Below, piece by piece: positions 1-9,736 of a stretch of 64,000 nt of DNA. Position numbers and translations under genes: made by a program. Position 1 is the first letter of the stretch, and every line of letters begins with the position of its first letter. Location of the stretch: positions 257,520-321,519 of the forward strand of contig JACIYJ010000004.1 in NCBI GenBank assembly GCA_014360015.1. The letters are read 5' to 3'. The notes beneath the pieces are model-generated. The model was not told the origin of the DNA. It saw only the letters and a list, made by a program, of their open reading frames with translations, and did not search any database. The stretch comes from Candidatus Aminicenantes bacterium (GTDB lineage: Bacteria; Acidobacteriota; Aminicenantia; Aminicenantales; Saccharicenantaceae).

Positions 1-1160
1 TAAAAAGATTCCTTTCTTGCTTAATCCTGTCTCTAATTTATGTGTTTTTTCTATCTTACTATCCCTGCCTGGCAGTTCAGCCATTGAATCAGCCGGCAAC
101 AACTCAAGTTCAGTCCAAGCAGTCAGAAGAGCAGAGCTTCGGACAGGAGAATCAGGAAAATACTCAGACTCAGGAAAACCAGATCCAGCAGACTGTCGAG
201 CAGCAGACCCAAGAGAAAACTCAGGCTCAGGAGAAAACGACTGAACAAAAAACAATAGAGAGACAGCAAAAGGCTGCAGAGCAGGAAACCCAGCAAAAAT
301 CGGAAGAAAAAACTGAAACTAAACCTGGCCAGCAGGAAAGCAATCAGGCTTCACCCCAGCCTGAAAAGAAAAAGACTCTAAAGGACTGGCTCCTGCCCTG
401 GAAAAAAACCATCGAGTTGAGTTATGTGGTCACCGGCGGTAACACCGTATCGTCTTCCTTTAGCCTGGGTAATACTTTGATCAGAACGCCAAACGAAAAG
501 GATACTTATACGATAAAAACCTTCTTCCTCCGCAGCCACTCCACAACCATTACCCAGAAGGCGGTCGGGACAGAAGACAACTACACGATTGAAGAAGAAA
601 AGACCAGGCGTCTGACTGCTGAGAATTATCTAATTTCCGGCCAGTACGACCACCGGGCGACAGGTAGACTGCTCACCAACCTAACTTTTGTCTGGGATCG
701 GAACAAATTTTCAGGGGTCGAAGGCCGGGCTCTGTGGACCGCCGGCGCCGGTCTGGTCCTGGCTGATTCTCCAGGCAGTAAAGTCAAAACCCATGCCGGC
801 GTTAGCTTCACCATAAGGAAATACACCGCTCAGAGTCTTTCCTCTTTTCTCGGTTTTCGCTACAGCTTTTCCTGGGACCAGAAGCTTTTCGACAATGCTT
901 TTTTTACTACTTCTTTTATCTTTGATGATAACCTGGCCAAGATAAGTGACTGGCGTTATGAGTGGGCCTCCAGCCTGACCGCACCACTGAGTAAATCTCT
1001 GGCTTTAAAAACCAGCCTGAAAATAATCAGAACTCACCGGCCACCCGAAATTCAGGTTCCACTTTTTAATCCAGATGGTAGCGAAACAGGACTCTTTGTT
1101 TATGTACCACGCCACAAAGTTGACACTTTTTTCACCACCACCATTGTCCTCAATTTTTGA
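1..1160 (+). CDS. Putative outer-membrane beta-barrel protein with a long Q/E/T-rich low-complexity N-terminal region (5'-partial; the frame stays open to the window edge and reads as a hydrophobic signal-peptide-like segment)
   Basis: The ORF track places a GTG start at 42, but the frame is open back to base 3 and encodes ...FLSCLILSLIYVFF... upstream. About 100 aa of Q/E/T/K-rich polyampholyte follow, then alternating amphipathic strands ending in ...TTTIVLNF with a C-terminal Phe, typical of OMP barrels. Confidence 0.5.
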   Translation, partial: KRFLSCLILSLIYVFFLSYYPCLAVQPLNQPATTQVQSKQSEEQSFGQENQENTQTQENQIQQTVEQQTQEKTQAQEKTTEQKTIERQQKAAEQETQQKSEEKTETKPGQQESNQASPQPEKKKTLKDWLLPWKKTIELSYVVTGGNTVSSSFSLGNTLIRTPNEKDTYTIKTFFLRSHSTTITQKAVGTEDNYTIEEEKTRRLTAENYLISGQYDHRATGRLLTNLTFVWDRNKFSGVEGRALWTAGAGLVLADSPGSKVKTHAGVSFTIRKYTAQSLSSFLGFRYSFSWDQKLFDNAFFTTSFIFDDNLAKISDWRYEWASSLTAPLSKSLALKTSLKIIRTHRPPEIQVPLFNPDGSETGLFVYVPRHKVDTFFTTTIVLNF

Positions 1161-1466
1161 ACTGATCGGAGAAGAATTCGCCAGCATCAGGGACACACAG
1201 AGATATATCTCGCCGTGAAACAACAAACGAAAATACTTTTTAATATGTCCTAAGCATCTAAGGTTATAAGGAGATAAAAGCAAAACAACTTCTTGAGCGG
1301 GGCCCGTCCCTACATTATTGGCGGCCCGACCCCATTCTTTCATTCTTCCATTCTCCATTCTTTCTTCCAGGCAGGACCTCCTGCTTATTGCAAAAGATAA
1401 AATTATACCTTATGATTAAATGACCATTAAATCTCTCTGATAAATTTTTTCTGACGGGAGAACAAG

Positions 1467-2255
1467 TTGAGCGCGGGAAAAACCAAAAAAGAATCGACCA
1501 AAAAGTCGTCTTTTGAAAGGCCTTCGGGCCGAGCCTATGATGAGCTAAGACCAATCCTAATAAAGCCAGATTATTTAGAATTCGCCGAAGGCTCCGCCTA
1601 CATAGAGATGGGAAAGACCAGAGTGGTAGCTTCAGCTTCGGTTGAAGAAAAAGTGCCACAGTTTTTAAAAGGCACGGGTTCGGGCTGGATCACAGCTGAA
1701 TACTCAATGCTACCCCGATCAACAGAAAAAAGAACACCCCGAGAAAGAACTCAGGGTAAAATCTCAGGCCGAACTCAGGAAATCCAACGGCTGATCGGTC
1801 GAGCTCTTAGAGCCGGGACAGATCTGACTCTTCTCGGAGAGAGGACCATTATCATAGATTGCGATGTGATTCAAGCTGATGGCGGAACCAGAACCGCTTC
1901 GGTTAATGCCGGCTGCATCGCCTTAGCTCTGTGCTTGAAGAAACTCCTGGATGAAGGCTTAATCCAAACCTTCCCTATGCGCAACCTGGTAGCTGCGGTC
2001 AGCGTGGGCATAGTTCAGGGGGTCAAGCTGCTCGACCTGGATTATCTTGAAGATTCTCAGGCTGAAGTTGACATGAATGTCATTGAGACCGATAACGGCC
2101 GGCTGATCGAAGTCCAGGCCACAGCCGAGAAGGTCGCTTTCTCCAGGCAGGAGCTGGCTCAATTGCTCAAACTGGCTGATAAAGGTATTCAGGAAATTTT
2201 AGAATCCCAGCGCTCAGTCCTCAAGAAAATCCACCCTGTCTTCATCGCCTACTAA
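1467..2255 (+). CDS. rph: Ribonuclease PH
   Basis: RPSGRAYDELRPI...AEGSAYIEMGKTRVV...DCDVIQADGGTRTASVNAGCIALA matches the RNase PH/PNPase-like fold. The ORF track gives a TTG start. Confidence 0.85.
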   Translation: MSAGKTKKESTKKSSFERPSGRAYDELRPILIKPDYLEFAEGSAYIEMGKTRVVASASVEEKVPQFLKGTGSGWITAEYSMLPRSTEKRTPRERTQGKISGRTQEIQRLIGRALRAGTDLTLLGERTIIIDCDVIQADGGTRTASVNAGCIALALCLKKLLDEGLIQTFPMRNLVAAVSVGIVQGVKLLDLDYLEDSQAEVDMNVIETDNGRLIEVQATAEKVAFSRQELAQLLKLADKGIQEILESQRSVLKKIHPVFIAY

Positions 2256-2273
2256 AAATGGGCGTGAGCATAT

Positions 2274-3677
2274 TTATTTTTTCAGCTGATAACCCTTTTC
2301 TCTGAACAGGCGGAGACAGGTTTCAACTACCTTCTCATCATAAAGACGTCCTCTGTTATTTTCCATTTCCCTCAGTGCTTCCTCAAGAGTATAAGCTTCG
2401 CGATAAGGTCGATGCGAAGACATAGCTTCCACCACATCAGCCACAGCCAGAATTTTAGCTTCGATCATAATCTGGTCACTGGTTAATCCCCGCGGATAGC
2501 CTGAGCCATCCAGCCGTTCATGATGCTGATAAATTATTTCAGCTACCGGCCAGGGAAAATCTATGTCTTTGAGTAAATCGTAGCCAATTTGAGCGTGATT
2601 CCTGACCAGTCCCCATTCGCTTTCGCTTAGCTTCCCGGGTTTACTGAGTATCTCCGACGGGACAGCAATTTTCCCAATGTCGTGGATTTGAGCTGCCAGC
2701 CTGAGCCCGTCGATTTGTTCCGGCGAGAGCCCCATTTCTGTGGCGATGAGCCTGGCCAGGTCAGCCACTCTTCTTTGATGGCCACCGGTATAAGGGTCCT
2801 TTAATTCGACCAATTTATTTAAAGTATCGATGGTTGCCCCAAAAGCCTGGCGTAATCTTCCTAAGGCTTCCTTAAGTTTATCCTCAGTTCTTTTCCTTTC
2901 AGTTATATCATGAATCACCATCAGAGTAGCTGGAGAACCATTGTACTCAATAAGGCTGACATCAACTTCAATCCAGAGCATCTGGCCATTTTTATGGTGC
3001 ACTTTCAGCTCATAATGACTCAGACGAGACTCGCCGGTCAGTCTTTTTCGATAAAGCTCGAATATTTCATAAGCCTTTTTTTCGGGTAAATAGGCATCGA
3101 TTCTGGAACCAATGATTTCTCCAAGGCTGTAGCCAAAAATATCCGATGTAGCCTTATTGGCGAACTTTATTTTCCCGTCCTGAACGATAACAATAGCGGC
3201 CCGGGCATTCTCGATAAGACGGGAACTGATAGATTCTCTCTCTTTAAGCTGCTCCCTGAGATTAATCTGTTCAGTGACGTCCCGGACCACACCAACAACT
3301 CTTCCTCCCGAAATCGGGGTAGTATTGAACTCGAGGTGAATCAGCCGTCCAGATTTAGTAAAAACCCGAAGTTTATATACTGGCGGCAGTTGTTCCCAAC
3401 GGCTTAGGGCCTCTTTTCGCTTCAGGAGCATTTCTCTGTCATCTGGATGGACTTGCTTGAAGATAAGTTCTGTTCCGCTTTCAAGAATTTCTTCTCGACT
3501 GAATTCAGTCATCCGGGCAAAGCCAGTATTGACATACTCAAAGCCTTTTTCACCTATAATGTATATTCCATCCCTAGCTTCTTCTACTAAAACCCGGCAC
3601 AGCTCTTCGTTCATTTTTAAAAGATAAGAGCTATCTGGATTTGACCACTGGTACTCAGGTGGCTTATTTTTTTTCAT
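2274..3677 (-). CDS. PAS-PAS-HD-GYP domain protein (probable c-di-GMP phosphodiesterase)
   Basis: Two PAS-like modules are followed by an HD-GYP catalytic region (HDIGKIAVP...HHERLDGSGYPRGL). Confidence 0.85.
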   Translation of the reverse strand: MKKNKPPEYQWSNPDSSYLLKMNEELCRVLVEEARDGIYIIGEKGFEYVNTGFARMTEFSREEILESGTELIFKQVHPDDREMLLKRKEALSRWEQLPPVYKLRVFTKSGRLIHLEFNTTPISGGRVVGVVRDVTEQINLREQLKERESISSRLIENARAAIVIVQDGKIKFANKATSDIFGYSLGEIIGSRIDAYLPEKKAYEIFELYRKRLTGESRLSHYELKVHHKNGQMLWIEVDVSLIEYNGSPATLMVIHDITERKRTEDKLKEALGRLRQAFGATIDTLNKLVELKDPYTGGHQRRVADLARLIATEMGLSPEQIDGLRLAAQIHDIGKIAVPSEILSKPGKLSESEWGLVRNHAQIGYDLLKDIDFPWPVAEIIYQHHERLDGSGYPRGLTSDQIMIEAKILAVADVVEAMSSHRPYREAYTLEEALREMENNRGRLYDEKVVETCLRLFREKGYQLKK

Positions 3678-4026
3678 TCCTACTCCTCAGCCCGTTTTTC
3701 TTTTCTTTTTTAAAAGTATATTTTTCTTTAGAAAAAGCATTTTAAGAAAATTTTCCCTGAAAAACAACATATTTTGTAATTATTTTTTACAAATTTTGTC
3801 AATCTACTCGGGTTTGACAGGCTGTTTATTTCTTCGTCTCCTTATTTATAAATATGCCCCCCACGAACTCCGTAAAAATTTTAAAAAAATGATAAACAGT
3901 ACGACCTGGCCCTTTTTATTGCCAGGGTGCTTCAGCAGCAAATATTTCTTCTTTCCAAGAAGAGTTCCCTCTTGAAAAATCGCCGGAATGAAAATAGCTC
4001 TACGTCCGCCTGGCTATTTTTTTGGC

Positions 4027-4055
4027 TTGACTTTAAATATCAGAAGAATTAATAT
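4027..4055 (+). promoter_or_regulatory. Candidate sigma-70 promoter (TTGACT-17nt-TAATAT) upstream of the flotillin gene
   Basis: ttgact at 4027-4032, a 17 nt spacer, and taatat at 4050-4055. It lies about 165 nt upstream of the flotillin ATG in a 530 nt AT-rich divergent intergenic region. Confidence 0.35.
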
Positions 4056-4221
4056 CTTTCCTTGATAAAGAGGGCCTTTCAGAATAGCCTGACGAGGGTA
4101 GGTTAGACGAAAAAGAGAATGGAGAATAAGGGATTTTCTTTTTTTCAGAGTAGAAATCATTCTTTCAACCCTATCTTCAAACCAATAATCATAAAATTAC
4201 CTTAATTTGAGGGAGGTTATT

Positions 4222-5655
4222 ATGCCATTAACCACCTGGCTTATTATTATCGGCGCAATCATCCTTTTCTTGGGACTCATTGGATTGCTCTTAGCCACCC
4301 AGTACCGAAAAGTCGGTCCAAACGAAGCCCTCATCATCGCCGGGGGCCGTAAGCGGACCATCACTTTCCCAGACGGGACAAAAAAGAAAGTTGGCTATAG
4401 ATACAAACTCGGCGGCGGTACTTTTGTCTGGCCGTTCATCGAAAAAGTTTATGTCCTGCCGCTTGAAGTTATTACCCTTTTCATTAAAACACCAGAAGTC
4501 CTGACCCACGGCGGGATCCCGATCCTGGCTGAAGCTTCGGCCCAGGTCAAGGTTGATTCCACCGATCTGGCCATTCGCCTGGCAGCCGAGCAATTCCTCG
4601 GCACAGGCAAGGAAGGCATCCGCGATGTGGCCATGAATGTCCTGGAAGGTAAGATGCGGGAAGTCATCGGCACGATGACGGTGGAAGAGATTTACCGCGG
4701 CCGTCAGGAATTCTCCAGAAGAGTGATTGAGACGACCAGAGAAGATTTCGCCAAAATGGGACTGGTGCTCCTGTCCTTCTCGCTCAAGGACATCAGCGAC
4801 ACCCAGGGCTACATCGAGGCTTTGAGCAAACCAGTCATTGCCGCGGCCAAACGGGATGCGGCCATCGCCCAGGCTGAGACGGAAAAAGAAGCTATTATCA
4901 AGTCATCTCAGGCTCGAAAAGAAGCTGAAGTGGCTCGACTCCAGTCAGAGGCTCTCATAGCCAAAGCCCAGTGGGAAAATGAAGCCAAGAAAGCTGAATC
5001 CCAGGTTTTCGTCAACCAGAAAAAAGCTCAGGCTGATTTTTCCTATGAACTCGAACGCAACCGCTTGGCTCAGGAAATTAAGAAAGAAGAAGCTAAGGTT
5101 AAACAGATTGAAAAAGAAGAAGCCATCAAAATCGAAGAGCTGGAAATTAAGCGCAAGGAAAGAGAACTTGAAGCTAATGTCCTGAAACCGGCTGATGCTC
5201 GCAAATATCAGATTCGGGCTGAAGCTGAAGCTGAAGAAATTCGGCTGATGGCTGAAGGAAAAGGCAAGGCCGAAGCCCTGAGGCTGGAAGCTCAGGCTAA
5301 AGCTGAAGAAATCAGACTCCGCGGTCTGGCTGAAGCTGAAGCCATGATGAAGAAAGCTCAGGCCTGGGAAAGATACAACGAAGCCGCACTCCTTGAAACC
5401 TTCATCAAGGTCCTTCCCGAGCTGGCCAGAGCCATCGCCGAACCTTTGTCTAAGGTCGATAAAATCGTCATTATCGGCGGAGACAAAGGGCTGGGGACAA
5501 GCCAGATCACCGGCCAGATTATTGAAATTCTGGCTCAGATGCCGGAAGTGGTCAAGGCTCTCACTGGTGCTGACCTGAGCAAGTTCCTCAGAGATAAGCT
5601 CAATCCGGCCGTTCAGTCTCAGGCCCCTCAGGAAAAAACTCCTGAGAAGAAATAA
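4222..5655 (+). CDS. Flotillin / SPFH (band 7) family protein with a C-terminal EA-rich coiled coil
   Basis: An N-terminal TM anchor is followed by an SPFH domain and a long A/E/K coiled coil (EAEAEEIRL repeats). The start is moved to the ATG at 4222, which follows a GGGAGG RBS; the TTG at 4207 lies within the RBS itself. Confidence 0.8.
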   Translation: MPLTTWLIIIGAIILFLGLIGLLLATQYRKVGPNEALIIAGGRKRTITFPDGTKKKVGYRYKLGGGTFVWPFIEKVYVLPLEVITLFIKTPEVLTHGGIPILAEASAQVKVDSTDLAIRLAAEQFLGTGKEGIRDVAMNVLEGKMREVIGTMTVEEIYRGRQEFSRRVIETTREDFAKMGLVLLSFSLKDISDTQGYIEALSKPVIAAAKRDAAIAQAETEKEAIIKSSQARKEAEVARLQSEALIAKAQWENEAKKAESQVFVNQKKAQADFSYELERNRLAQEIKKEEAKVKQIEKEEAIKIEELEIKRKERELEANVLKPADARKYQIRAEAEAEEIRLMAEGKGKAEALRLEAQAKAEEIRLRGLAEAEAMMKKAQAWERYNEAALLETFIKVLPELARAIAEPLSKVDKIVIIGGDKGLGTSQITGQIIEILAQMPEVVKALTGADLSKFLRDKLNPAVQSQAPQEKTPEKK

Positions 5656-5679
5656 TCGCTTGGAAAAAGCAGGACTGCC

Positions 5680-8004
5680 ATGGTTTCAGAAAGAGTAAAC
5701 AAAATAGGAGCTTCTCCCACTCTTAAAATCTCAGCCAAAGCTAAAGCCATGAAGGCTGAGGGCATAGACGTGGTCGACCTCAGCGTGGGTGAACCTGATT
5801 TCCCGACGCCGGATAACGTCAAGGCAGCGGCGATTAAAGCCATCGAGCAAAATTTCACCAAGTACACCGAAAATGATGGAATTCCGGAGCTGAGAAAAGC
5901 GGTCTGCAAGAGGCTTAAAGAAGATTACGGGCTTGAATACAAACCCAACGAGGTGCTGATTTCGAGCGGGGCCAAAAACTCACTTTTCAATCTGATTCAG
6001 GCCATCGTCAACGAGGGAGATGAAGTGATCATCCCTGCCCCCTACTGGGTCACTTATCCGGAGTGCGTTAATCTGGCTAAGGGCAAGCCGGTTATAGTCG
6101 AGACAAGGGAAGAAGATGGCTTTCTGCTGACACCGGAGCAGCTGCGGGCGGCCATATCGCCATCGACGCGGGCCCTGGTGCTTAATAACCCGTGCAATCC
6201 AACTGGAGCTACATACACCAAGGAACAGCTGGAAGCTCTGGCTGAAGTGATTCGCAAAGAAGACATCTATGTGATTGCCGATGAGATTTACAGCCGCTTA
6301 GTCTATGATGGCTTTCAGTTTGTTAGTTTCGCTGCGCTGGGTGAAGATATCAAGAAAAAAACGATTATCATCAGTGGAGTTTCCAAAAGCTATTCGATGA
6401 CCGGGTGGAGAATCGGCTTTGCTGTCGGACCGGCTGAGATCATCAGTGCTATGTCCAAGATACAGAGCCATACTACTTCCAACGCCTGTTCCATCTCGCA
6501 GAAAGCCAGCGTCGAGGCTCTGGCCGGACCACAATATGAAGTTAATCGGATGGTGGCTGAATTCCAGCGCCGGCGGAATTATGTGCTGATGCGACTTCAG
6601 CAAATTCCAGGAATTTCCTGTTTTAAGCCCCAGGGAGCTTTCTACCTTTTCCCCAATGTGAGTTCATATTATGGCAAGGAAGCTGGTGGCATCCAGATTA
6701 GAAATTCTTACGGTCTGGCTTATTATCTGCTGAAAGAAGCCCGGGTGGCCGTCGTGCCAGGGGATGCGTTTGGAGCCGATAACTACATAAGGATATCTTA
6801 TGCCACCTCGATGGAGAACCTGGAAAAAGGCATGGATAGAATCGCTGAAGCCATGTCTAAGCTGAAGACAGCGAAGAAGGTTAAGAAGATTTACCTCCAG
6901 AATTACGTAACTAAGGTAAAAAAGTCAGTGCCGCTGGATGTAGTGAGTGAGGCTCGGATGCGCGAGGCCTTGGTGGCGGAGATGGAAAGCCATCTCAGCT
7001 ATGACAGCTATTACGAGTGGAATGCCAATATTAACGGGACAATTGTTCAGCTGAGAACTAACGTCGGGCATCTTTATGATTTCTGGGTGGAAAACTGGTA
7101 TCCAGGTCAGATCGAAGCTGGACTTGAACCGCACGCCGTGATTTATGCGGTGGATAATGTTCCGGGAAGAGAGCCGCGAGCTTATTACCATCCAGAGACT
7201 AGGACGGGAATTCTGGTCAACGCTGACAACTACGGACCGCTGAGGAAGCTGGCTCTCGGCATGGTGCTCGACTCGCAGGAGCATTTAGGAATCAATGCCG
7301 TGCGGGGCATGGCCGTTGCAGTGGATGGAAATGGGATGGTCCTGGTGGGCCAGCCAGGGACAAAGAAGACCGAGCTATTTTTCGAGCTCCTGAAGATGCC
7401 GCGGGTCCAGGCTCAGACTAACGAGATTGTGTTTGTGCGGTTTTCAGGGAATAAAGCGGTGGCCGATAGCGTTGAGCGGAAATTCTACATTCCAACAAAT
7501 ACTGTGGAACTTTTCGACAGATTGCCCAAGCTTTTTGACCACAGCAAGTGCGAGAATGTGGTGACCCGCCGTGAAGACTGCACTGACCGAACCTGTCCGC
7601 TTCAGGATGAATGCCGCTTAGATAAAGGCGCACCGTATTGTTTCAGAGCCTCGGCAGAAGCGCATGCCATGCTCGACCCGACCTGGATTGCCGGACCGCA
7701 AGGCTATGCCAGAAGAACCAACCTGAAATCTCTGGTGATACTGCGAAACGACCAGGTGTCGCCGGCGGTGGTGGAGTTGAGCAAAGAAGAAGCGCTGCGG
7801 ATTCTGGAAAGTGGAGAGCCTTCGGGTGCAGTAAAGTCAATCTCGGCTAAAGCTCAGCCTTTCTTCAACCCCCATCTTCTGGTGATGAATGAGGATAAGA
7901 TAGCGATTCAGCGGATGTTCTTCAGCCGCCTGCTGGACCAGGTGAAATGCTATATGGTAAACAGCGGCGTAGCCAGCCCCGACCAGCTCAAGAATCTTTT
8001 ATAG
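5680..8004 (+). CDS. Fusion protein: class I aspartate/aromatic aminotransferase (aa 1-395) joined to an HprK/PEP-carboxykinase-like P-loop domain with a Cys cluster
   Basis: The N-terminal half carries all AspAT class-Ib hallmarks (GEPDFPTP, SGAKNS, NNPCNPTG, SKSYSMTGWRIGF with the PLP lysine in SKS). After a Lys-rich linker, VAVDGNGMVLVGQPGTKKTELFFELLK aligns with the HprK/P core (LITGKSGVGKSETALELIK). A C-x10-C-x4-C-x5-C-x8-C cluster follows. Confidence 0.7.
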   Translation: MVSERVNKIGASPTLKISAKAKAMKAEGIDVVDLSVGEPDFPTPDNVKAAAIKAIEQNFTKYTENDGIPELRKAVCKRLKEDYGLEYKPNEVLISSGAKNSLFNLIQAIVNEGDEVIIPAPYWVTYPECVNLAKGKPVIVETREEDGFLLTPEQLRAAISPSTRALVLNNPCNPTGATYTKEQLEALAEVIRKEDIYVIADEIYSRLVYDGFQFVSFAALGEDIKKKTIIISGVSKSYSMTGWRIGFAVGPAEIISAMSKIQSHTTSNACSISQKASVEALAGPQYEVNRMVAEFQRRRNYVLMRLQQIPGISCFKPQGAFYLFPNVSSYYGKEAGGIQIRNSYGLAYYLLKEARVAVVPGDAFGADNYIRISYATSMENLEKGMDRIAEAMSKLKTAKKVKKIYLQNYVTKVKKSVPLDVVSEARMREALVAEMESHLSYDSYYEWNANINGTIVQLRTNVGHLYDFWVENWYPGQIEAGLEPHAVIYAVDNVPGREPRAYYHPETRTGILVNADNYGPLRKLALGMVLDSQEHLGINAVRGMAVAVDGNGMVLVGQPGTKKTELFFELLKMPRVQAQTNEIVFVRFSGNKAVADSVERKFYIPTNTVELFDRLPKLFDHSKCENVVTRREDCTDRTCPLQDECRLDKGAPYCFRASAEAHAMLDPTWIAGPQGYARRTNLKSLVILRNDQVSPAVVELSKEEALRILESGEPSGAVKSISAKAQPFFNPHLLVMNEDKIAIQRMFFSRLLDQVKCYMVNSGVASPDQLKNLL

Positions 8005-8359
8005 ATGTTAAAAAAACGGGGGACGTCCTACGCGTTTCCTGATTTTCAAGGGACGTACCGTAAAAACTGGTGACACCTTAAGTATTTCCCATTTTTAGGG
8101 ACACTTCTAATAACTGGTTTTTTAACTCAAAGATGGTCCTTAATTCATTGCGAAGAAAATTCCCGCTATTTGTCCTAAGCTCTTTAATTCTTCTTTAGCT
8201 TCCCAATTCTTCAGGCTACTCAGGCTGCACTTCATTTGCGCCAGATTGAAATTCGCTGATACACCCCCCCCTTCACTCACACTATGAATAGAAAATCTCC
8301 CACTCCAGTGCGCACGAGAACAAAACCTCGCCGATCAGAAAACGAGGAAGTCCTGCCTT

Positions 8360-9565
8360 TTAATAAATCGGCCACCGCCTGGTGATGAAACCATCGCGGA
8401 TTTCACGCCAGCTTCCCAACACTTCATCGGCTATTTTATAAACTTCATTTCTGACTTTGCTAACATCCACACCCCATATTTCCACGTTCAAAGCCTGAGG
8501 CTGGGTAATGGGTTCGTTTATCTGGCTGACCATGTAGACATAGACCTGCTTCGCCTCGGGTATTTTCTCCACGATACGGTCGGCAATAAGTTGGCTCATT
8601 ATGCTGTAAATCTTTCCCACATGACTGACCGGATTTTTTCCGGCCACAGCTTCCAGGCTCATCGGCCGGTAGGGAGTGATCAATCCGTTGGCGCGATTAC
8701 CACGGCCTACCTGACCGTCGTCTCCGGCTTCGGCGCTTGTCCCCGTAACCGTTAGGTAGACTGTCTCCGGCGTATCAGCATTATTTATGATAACTTCCAC
8801 CTTTCGCGATGTGTAGCGACGGACAAATTCATCCTGAAGGTAGCGGACGATTTCTTTTTTCATCTCTTCATAGGTCTGTCTATCTGGTACCATTGAAGCT
8901 ACAAAGGCTGCGGCCACTGTTAGGGTTATCGCTTCTCCTTTCCTGACCCCCATCACCTTAATATCTTCACCGAGCGCCGGAAACTTCTGCTTGCCCTGAA
9001 CGCTGTTTAAGAATCTCTCGGTTTCTAAAACCAGCTTTTCCAGTTCACTCAACGGCGCATAGCCGACTGCCAAAGAAGTATCATTGGCCCGCGGCGGCTG
9101 GTCGTTATCAGCGAAGATGCTGACCAGGTCTTCGCTTCCGGAGCGAATCAAAAGCTCAACTTCAAGATGTTCGGGCCGAAGATGGGGCACCTGCCGCATC
9201 ATCCAGTCTTTCAGTTTGGCTTCAAAGTGGCGCCTGTCTATCAATTTTTTCCCGCTGAATTCTTCTGTTGCCCGGCCTACAATGTACAGCTTAACTGGCT
9301 CAATTATCTTCCCTCCGCCAAACTGACACTTTGAACTGCCACCCACCAGAACAGCTTTATCCACATTATGGTGCAGGATTCTGCCGGTATGCTGACGATA
9401 GGTTTCCGAAAGAGCCACTGAAAGCTCTTCAGCCGCTCCATCGCAAAGAGAATCAGGATGGCCTTTTCCCTTGCGCTCTACGATTTCCACGGGCATTTCT
9501 TCCGCCAGTAAATCTCGTCCCGTTCTTACCTCAAAATAAAATCCAGACATTTCTACCTCCGACAT
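8360..9565 (-). CDS. Archaeal-type S-adenosylmethionine synthetase (methionine adenosyltransferase, MAT)
   Basis: VEIVERKGKGHPDSLCDGAAEELS matches the archaeal MAT signature (EIVERKGLGHPDSICDG). At about 400 aa it fits the archaeal form and does not resemble bacterial MetK. Confidence 0.8.
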   Translation of the reverse strand: MSEVEMSGFYFEVRTGRDLLAEEMPVEIVERKGKGHPDSLCDGAAEELSVALSETYRQHTGRILHHNVDKAVLVGGSSKCQFGGGKIIEPVKLYIVGRATEEFSGKKLIDRRHFEAKLKDWMMRQVPHLRPEHLEVELLIRSGSEDLVSIFADNDQPPRANDTSLAVGYAPLSELEKLVLETERFLNSVQGKQKFPALGEDIKVMGVRKGEAITLTVAAAFVASMVPDRQTYEEMKKEIVRYLQDEFVRRYTSRKVEVIINNADTPETVYLTVTGTSAEAGDDGQVGRGNRANGLITPYRPMSLEAVAGKNPVSHVGKIYSIMSQLIADRIVEKIPEAKQVYVYMVSQINEPITQPQALNVEIWGVDVSKVRNEVYKIADEVLGSWREIRDGFITRRWPIY

Positions 9566-9736
9566 TAAAATTTTTTGGGAACGGTTACCCGGCGGGTAGA
9601 ATCAAGCTGGCAATTGTAGGCCGTCTGACGTGGGTCTTTCCCACCATGGTCTCCGCTCCACAATTTCTGGCGAGGCGCCTCTCTTCTGCTCGAGAGGAGC
9701 GGGACCTGGTGGCGATGCTCGCTTTCGCCCCACTCC

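Noticed and set aside
17-244. 75 aa ORF at the window start
   Set aside because: It is out of frame with, and fully inside, the longer OMP ORF. Its composition is driven by the underlying cag/gaa repeats.
5200-5345. Repetitive gaagctgaagctgaa / gctgaaggaaaagg DNA that could look like a tandem repeat or mini-array
   Set aside because: It is in-frame inside the flotillin gene and encodes the EAEAEEIRL coiled-coil, a protein-level repeat. It is not a CRISPR or VNTR element.
8005-8359. Repeated gggacgt/agggac motifs and short hairpins in the convergent intergenic region between the fusion gene and MAT
   Set aside because: The hairpins are 5 bp or shorter, or lack a U-tract on the appropriate strand. 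A possible weak minus-strand terminator (CCTCG-12nt-CGAGG-TTTT, 8322-8347) was noted but is too marginal to list as a feature.
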